This document shows positions 60,816-64,000 of a stretch of DNA of 64,000 nucleotides, in pieces (the stretch's first letter is position 1; each line of letters opens with the position of its first letter). The notes beneath the pieces were generated by a model. That model did not search any database. It had not been told where the DNA came from and saw nothing but the letters and a program-made list of their open reading frames with translations. This DNA comes from Oscillospiraceae bacterium (GTDB taxonomy: Bacteria > Bacillota > Clostridia > Oscillospirales > Oscillospiraceae), in assembly GCA_017398625.1 (NCBI GenBank), contig JAFQFP010000003.1, positions 456 to 64,455 of the forward strand, read 5' to 3'. A program made the translations under genes and the position numbers.

Positions 60816-60872
60816 AAAACTATCGTTTTGCATCATTTGTTTTAATATAAACCAAATTACGGAATTTGTCAA
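60816..60872 (-). promoter_or_regulatory. Near-consensus sigmaA promoter plus dyad operator at the head of the cargo operon
   Basis: TTGACA-N17-TATATT (60872-60844); AAAAC-N4-GTTTT at 60816-60829. Confidence 0.75.
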
Positions 60873-60875
60873 CAA

Positions 60876-60908
60876 AAAATAAATCGGCTGTGCCCGTCGG
60901 GCACAGCC
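60876..60908 (-). terminator. Terminator following the spare spoVAC 3' end
   Basis: GGCTGTGCCC-GAC-GGGCACAGCC then GATTTATTTTTT on the minus strand. Confidence 0.8.
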
Positions 60909-60915
60909 AGTCTAT

Positions 60916-61038
60916 TTAGAAGCAGGTCGTACAAATCCAATAAACAAGCCCATAGACTACACTCGCAGACACACCGTACACGATAACAGGCCCGGCGATG
61001 GTGAACATTTTCGCGCCTACCCCCAAAATGAATCCTTC
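60916..61038 (-). pseudogene. Displaced, still in-frame spoVAC 3' fragment (40 codons + stop)
   Basis: Translates EGFILGVGAKMFTIAGPVIVYGVSASVVYGLVYWICTTCF*; first 31 aa identical to the intact spoVAC; no 5' part. Confidence 0.92.
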
Positions 61039-61081
61039 TGCGTGTGTCCAGTTAGGACCCATATATTCGTGTTCTATTAGG
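61033..61081. repeat. Conserved att-like arm + core, copy B
   Basis: TCCTTCTGCGTGTGTCCAGTTAGGACCCATATATTCGTGTTCTATTAGG; direct repeat of 49472-49520. Confidence 0.85.
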
Positions 61082-61126
61082 ACAAATTTAGCCGCATAAA
61101 GGTAAATATTCGCGAATAAGCAGCAG

Positions 61127-61156
61127 AACAGGCTTACCTATCGGCAAGCCCGTTCC
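61127..61156 (-). terminator. Hairpin after the module 1 cargo gene
   Basis: Minus strand GAACGGGCTTGCC-GATA-GGTAAGCCTGTTC. Confidence 0.6.
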
Positions 61157-61161
61157 TTTCA

Positions 61162-62454
61162 TCATCTTAATCGTTTTGCTGCCATGCGGCGAATATCGTC
61201 GTTACTGTCATACAGACTTTCTTCCAAAATCTCCTTCGTTAGCATCCGGTGTTTGGACATATACACCAGCACAGATTCCCGGCAGAAAGAGCAGGGAGTA
61301 TATTCATATAAAAGTGGCAACAGATGCTTTGGGTGGGGGATGACACTATCTCTGCGAAATGCCCGGCGAACATCCATTCCTGCTGCATGAATCTCATCCC
61401 AATTCTTTTTTGAAATCAGATCTTTCAAAATAGATTCCAGCAGCATAGCATCTTCGGGAATATAGTTCGTTACCAACAAGGCAAAGTTTTCAAATGTCCG
61501 GTTACCTTTCGTAGCGTTATTATGAGCAAAGTCCCGAACGGCAGGATGACGCAGATTTTCCAATGCCTGCCAAGCGGTTCTCCTCAGTTTTTCATCCACA
61601 GACAGGGTATCCTCCAGAATAGGGCTGGGATCCCCAGGATAAGGGCACCATGTGAAGGCTTCCAATGCTTTTGCCTTGGCTTCCGGCACTGTTTGCTTCT
61701 GGTAGTCGTGGGCATAGCGCTCCACTGTTTCGCTGTCTGCCTTTTTCGCAAGCCAGCGGGAAAGACGGAATCCGGTCAGATTATCTTCGGGTTTCTCTGT
61801 CCGCTGCTGCCTGAATCTCTCCTGAGCATCGATATCTGCCTGCTCTCTTTTCATAAAGCAAGCGATATTCTCGTTTTTTCGTGCAGCGGCTTCCATGGTT
61901 CTTCTGTATTGTCCTCCCTTGGATGAAAAGAACCACGCAAAATCTCCATCGTACATGTATTTCTTTTCTCGATACAGACGACCAAAGTCCCCCGCTATTC
62001 TCAGAAAGGACTTGCTGTCAACAGCCAATACCAAACCAAGCTGCTCTAAATCCGACAGTTCGTGAAATACACGGTTTGGTCTGCGTTTCCTCGCAAACAT
62101 CCCCGTCAGTACTTCCTTATATTTCTCCTCCAAAGCATTTCGGGCAGATTCATAGCCGTCCATCGCAAAGAACATCAGGATTTCACTCAAGTGCAGCAAA
62201 TCCCAACTACCATTAGGTCGATACCGTTTGAGTGCATCTGCCGTAGCGTCAATAAAGGTTTCCTTATCGGGATAGGCATTTACCATCGTATAGGTATACC
62301 ACGACCTTGTGCCCTCACTTTGGGCATCGTAAGCAAAATTTCTTTTGCAAGCCCAAAGTACAATATCACGATATTTCTCCGGTTCTTTCCTGACAGCGAT
62401 CACGCATCTGCCAAGGCCACGGAGCATAGCTTCTTTGAAATCTTTTTTCGTCAT
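61162..62454 (-). CDS. Hypothetical alpha-helical protein (possible HEAT-like repeats)
   Basis: 430 aa from ATG 62454 (GGAGG RBS); GLGRC, AYDAQSEGTR and PCSFCR motifs; no family recognised with certainty. Confidence 0.75.
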   Translation of the reverse strand: MTKKDFKEAMLRGLGRCVIAVRKEPEKYRDIVLWACKRNFAYDAQSEGTRSWYTYTMVNAYPDKETFIDATADALKRYRPNGSWDLLHLSEILMFFAMDGYESARNALEEKYKEVLTGMFARKRRPNRVFHELSDLEQLGLVLAVDSKSFLRIAGDFGRLYREKKYMYDGDFAWFFSSKGGQYRRTMEAAARKNENIACFMKREQADIDAQERFRQQRTEKPEDNLTGFRLSRWLAKKADSETVERYAHDYQKQTVPEAKAKALEAFTWCPYPGDPSPILEDTLSVDEKLRRTAWQALENLRHPAVRDFAHNNATKGNRTFENFALLVTNYIPEDAMLLESILKDLISKKNWDEIHAAGMDVRRAFRRDSVIPHPKHLLPLLYEYTPCSFCRESVLVYMSKHRMLTKEILEESLYDSNDDIRRMAAKRLR

Positions 62455-62473
62455 ATAACCTCCGGTAAAACTC

Positions 62474-62524
62474 TTATTTTGCCGGAACCTTTCCGGCGGT
62501 TTCCAAACTACAATGTACAAGCAT
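62474..62524 (-). other. 16-aa mini-ORF MLVHCSLETAGKVPAK with strong RBS
   Basis: AAGGGAGGTG RBS, ATG 62524, TAA 62476-62474; internal hairpin GCCGGAA-AGG-TTCCGGC. Confidence 0.4.
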
Positions 62525-62566
62525 AGAAAACACCTCCCTTATTGTTATGAAATAATTGTATCATAA

Positions 62567-62606
62567 GAAAAAGTACACCGCAACCAAAATGATTGCGGTG
62601 TACTTT
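62567..62606 (-). terminator. Terminator of spoVAC
   Basis: AAGTACACCGCAA-loop-TTGCGGTGTACTTTTT. Confidence 0.85.
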
Positions 62607-63049
62607 CAAAATAAAGTTGTTATCCAATAAATGAGTCCATACACCACGCTGGCAGATACACCGTAGACGATGACGGGCCCGGCGATGGTGAACATCTTCG
62701 CGCCGACTCCGAGAATGAATCCTTCGGTTTTGAATTCCACCGCAGGGGCGGCAACGGAATTGGCAAAGCCCGTGATGGGCACCAGTGTTCCGGCTCCCGC
62801 CACCTTGGCAATATCATCATACACACTGAGCCCCGTCAGAAGTGCCGACAGCGCTACCAGTGTCATTGACCCTGCCGTGCTTGCCATTTCCTTCTCCATT
62901 CCCAAGGCTGTGTAGCCGTTGATCAGAAGCTGTCCCAGCGCACAGATCAGCCCTCCGATCCAAAACGCGTTCAGGCAATCCTTCTTCACAGGAGACTTAG
63001 GCGCCATTTCCTTTACAATGCGCTGATACTGTTTTTCCGTCATGTCCAT
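62606..63049 (-). CDS. spoVAC: Stage V sporulation protein AC
   Basis: AFWIGGLIC, YD.IAK.AGAGTLVPITGFANS, EFKTEG.ILGVGAKMFTIAGPVIVYG. Confidence 0.96.
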   Translation of the reverse strand: MDMTEKQYQRIVKEMAPKSPVKKDCLNAFWIGGLICALGQLLINGYTALGMEKEMASTAGSMTLVALSALLTGLSVYDDIAKVAGAGTLVPITGFANSVAAPAVEFKTEGFILGVGAKMFTIAGPVIVYGVSASVVYGLIYWITTLF

Positions 63050-63060
63050 CCCTCCGCATA

Positions 63061-63089
63061 TAGCCTGCCCGATAATTCAAGATTTATCC
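63061..63089 (-). promoter_or_regulatory. Candidate sigmaG/sigmaF (forespore) promoter of spoVAC
   Basis: Minus strand GGATA-N17-CAGGCTA, close to GHATA-N17/18-CAtacTA. Confidence 0.5.
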
Positions 63090-63157
63090 ATAGCAGCTAC
63101 AGAGCAAAATAGCAAAATAACGCTATAAAATCCGGAAATCTTTGGTACTTATTGCGC

Positions 63158-63186
63158 TTGAAACCGATCCTGTTTGGTGGTATGAT
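63158..63186 (+). promoter_or_regulatory. sigmaA-type promoter
   Basis: TTGAAA-N17-TATGAT with extended TG. Confidence 0.7.
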
Positions 63187-63247
63187 ACGGCGTGCGATGA
63201 GGGGTCTCTCTCCCATCTATTTTTTGAATGTTAAAGAAGGCACAAAC

Positions 63248-64000
63248 ATGGAAACCTATCTCATTTGTCTTGCCGTGGCGCTGATCGGCGGACTGATGCT
63301 GTCCCGTCTGGCAAAGCTGCTGAACCTGCCAGCCGTTACTGCCTATCTGGTGGCAGGTCTTTTGCTGGGGCCCTTCGCTTTGGGCGCGCTGAAGATTCCA
63401 GGTATGGGCTTTAACTCACCCGAGCAGGTAGAAAACTTAAACATCCTCACCCAGACCGCTCTGGGCTTCATTGCCTTTACCATCGGCAACGAATTCCGTA
63501 TGCGGCAGCTAAAAAGCACCGGCAAGCGTGCCATTACCATCGGCATCCTGCAGGCAGTGCTGACCACGGCAGTGGTGGATATGGTTCTGATCGCGGTGCA
63601 TCTGCTGTTCCCCAATGTTCTCTCACTCTCCGCCGCCATTACGCTGGGCGCCATCGCCGCTGCAACTGCCCCCGCGGCAACACTGATGGTAGTACGGCAA
63701 TACAAGGCAGACGGTCCTCTGACCCGCCTGCTGATGCTGGTGGTCGCCATCGATGACGCGGTGGGTCTGCTGCTGTTTTCCGCATCCTTCGGCATCGCCA
63801 CCGCCCTTGCCAACGGCTCGGTCAACTTTTTGGGCATCGTGGTGGAACCGATTCTGGAGATCACACTGTCTCTGGTGCTGGGCAGCATCATGGGCTGGCT
63901 GCTGAACTGGGTAGAGCAGTTTTTCCACTCCCGCAGCAAGCGCATGGCTGTGTCCGTAGCGTTTGTGCTGCTGACCGTAGGCCTTTCCATGCTAAAATTC
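63248..64000 (+). CDS. Cation:proton antiporter (CPA2/Kef-type), runs off window end
   Basis: Not in the ORF track. Manual translation METYLICLAVALIGGL...LPAVTAYLVAGLLLGP...ALGFIAFTIGNEF...ATAPAAT...VVAIDDA. Confidence 0.88.
   Translation, partial: METYLICLAVALIGGLMLSRLAKLLNLPAVTAYLVAGLLLGPFALGALKIPGMGFNSPEQVENLNILTQTALGFIAFTIGNEFRMRQLKSTGKRAITIGILQAVLTTAVVDMVLIAVHLLFPNVLSLSAAITLGAIAAATAPAATLMVVRQYKADGPLTRLLMLVVAIDDAVGLLLFSASFGIATALANGSVNFLGIVVEPILEITLSLVLGSIMGWLLNWVEQFFHSRSKRMAVSVAFVLLTVGLSMLKF

Larger units (their letters stand above)
49472..61038 (-). mobile_element. spoVAC-integrated module 2 (11,561 bp core to core), no recombinase seen
   Basis: Begins with a spare spoVAC 3' end and terminator, ends with the conserved arm and core; accessory cargo with lower GC by eye. 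Confidence 0.7.
61033..62725 (-). mobile_element. spoVAC-integrated module 1 (1,687 bp core to core), one cargo gene, no recombinase
   Basis: Current spoVAC 3' end + terminator + promoter + one ORF + hairpin + arm + core. Confidence 0.72.

Noticed and set aside
49472-62725. Prophage, ICE or classical integron
   Set aside because: No phage structural, conjugation, relaxase or integrase genes and no attC-like palindromes between ORFs. A deleted-ICE origin remains possible.
63343-63990. Minus-strand ORFs at the window end
   Set aside because: Shadows of the plus-strand antiporter starting at 63248.

Overview
This 64-kb window looks like chromosome from a GC-rich, spore-forming clostridial gut bacterium (Oscillospiraceae-like; inferred from gene content and codon style). 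Positions 1-49.4 kb are mostly core genes: kdgK, cysteine desulfurase, cdaA-cdaR-rseC-yicC-remA-gmk-rpoZ-priA-def-fmt-rsmB-rlmN-prpC-prkC-rsgA, galM, a Cys-rich CsxA/CdeC-like spore protein, a Cthe_2159-family lipoprotein, recD2-comF-mreB/mbl, an F-type ATP synthase operon with a Na+-type c-subunit, ktrBA-trmH-dprA-topA-trmFO-plsX-rnc-glf, ade and feoAB. Positions 49.4-62.7 kb form a visibly more AT-rich accessory region directly downstream of spoVAC. The main finding is that this region is two tandem modules (1,687 bp and 11,561 bp) with no integrase in the window, inserted at one site (GAAGGA, codons Glu-Gly) inside spoVAC. Each module starts with its own spoVAC 3' end plus a terminator and ends in a conserved ~49-bp arm fused to the previously displaced 3' end. 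Three spoVAC 3' ends are visible: one in use, one intact spare and one decayed. This resembles an integron-like cassette array that uses a sporulation gene as its attachment site. All calls come from reading the sequence by eye; no database searches were run. No rRNA, tRNA or CRISPR array was recognised.
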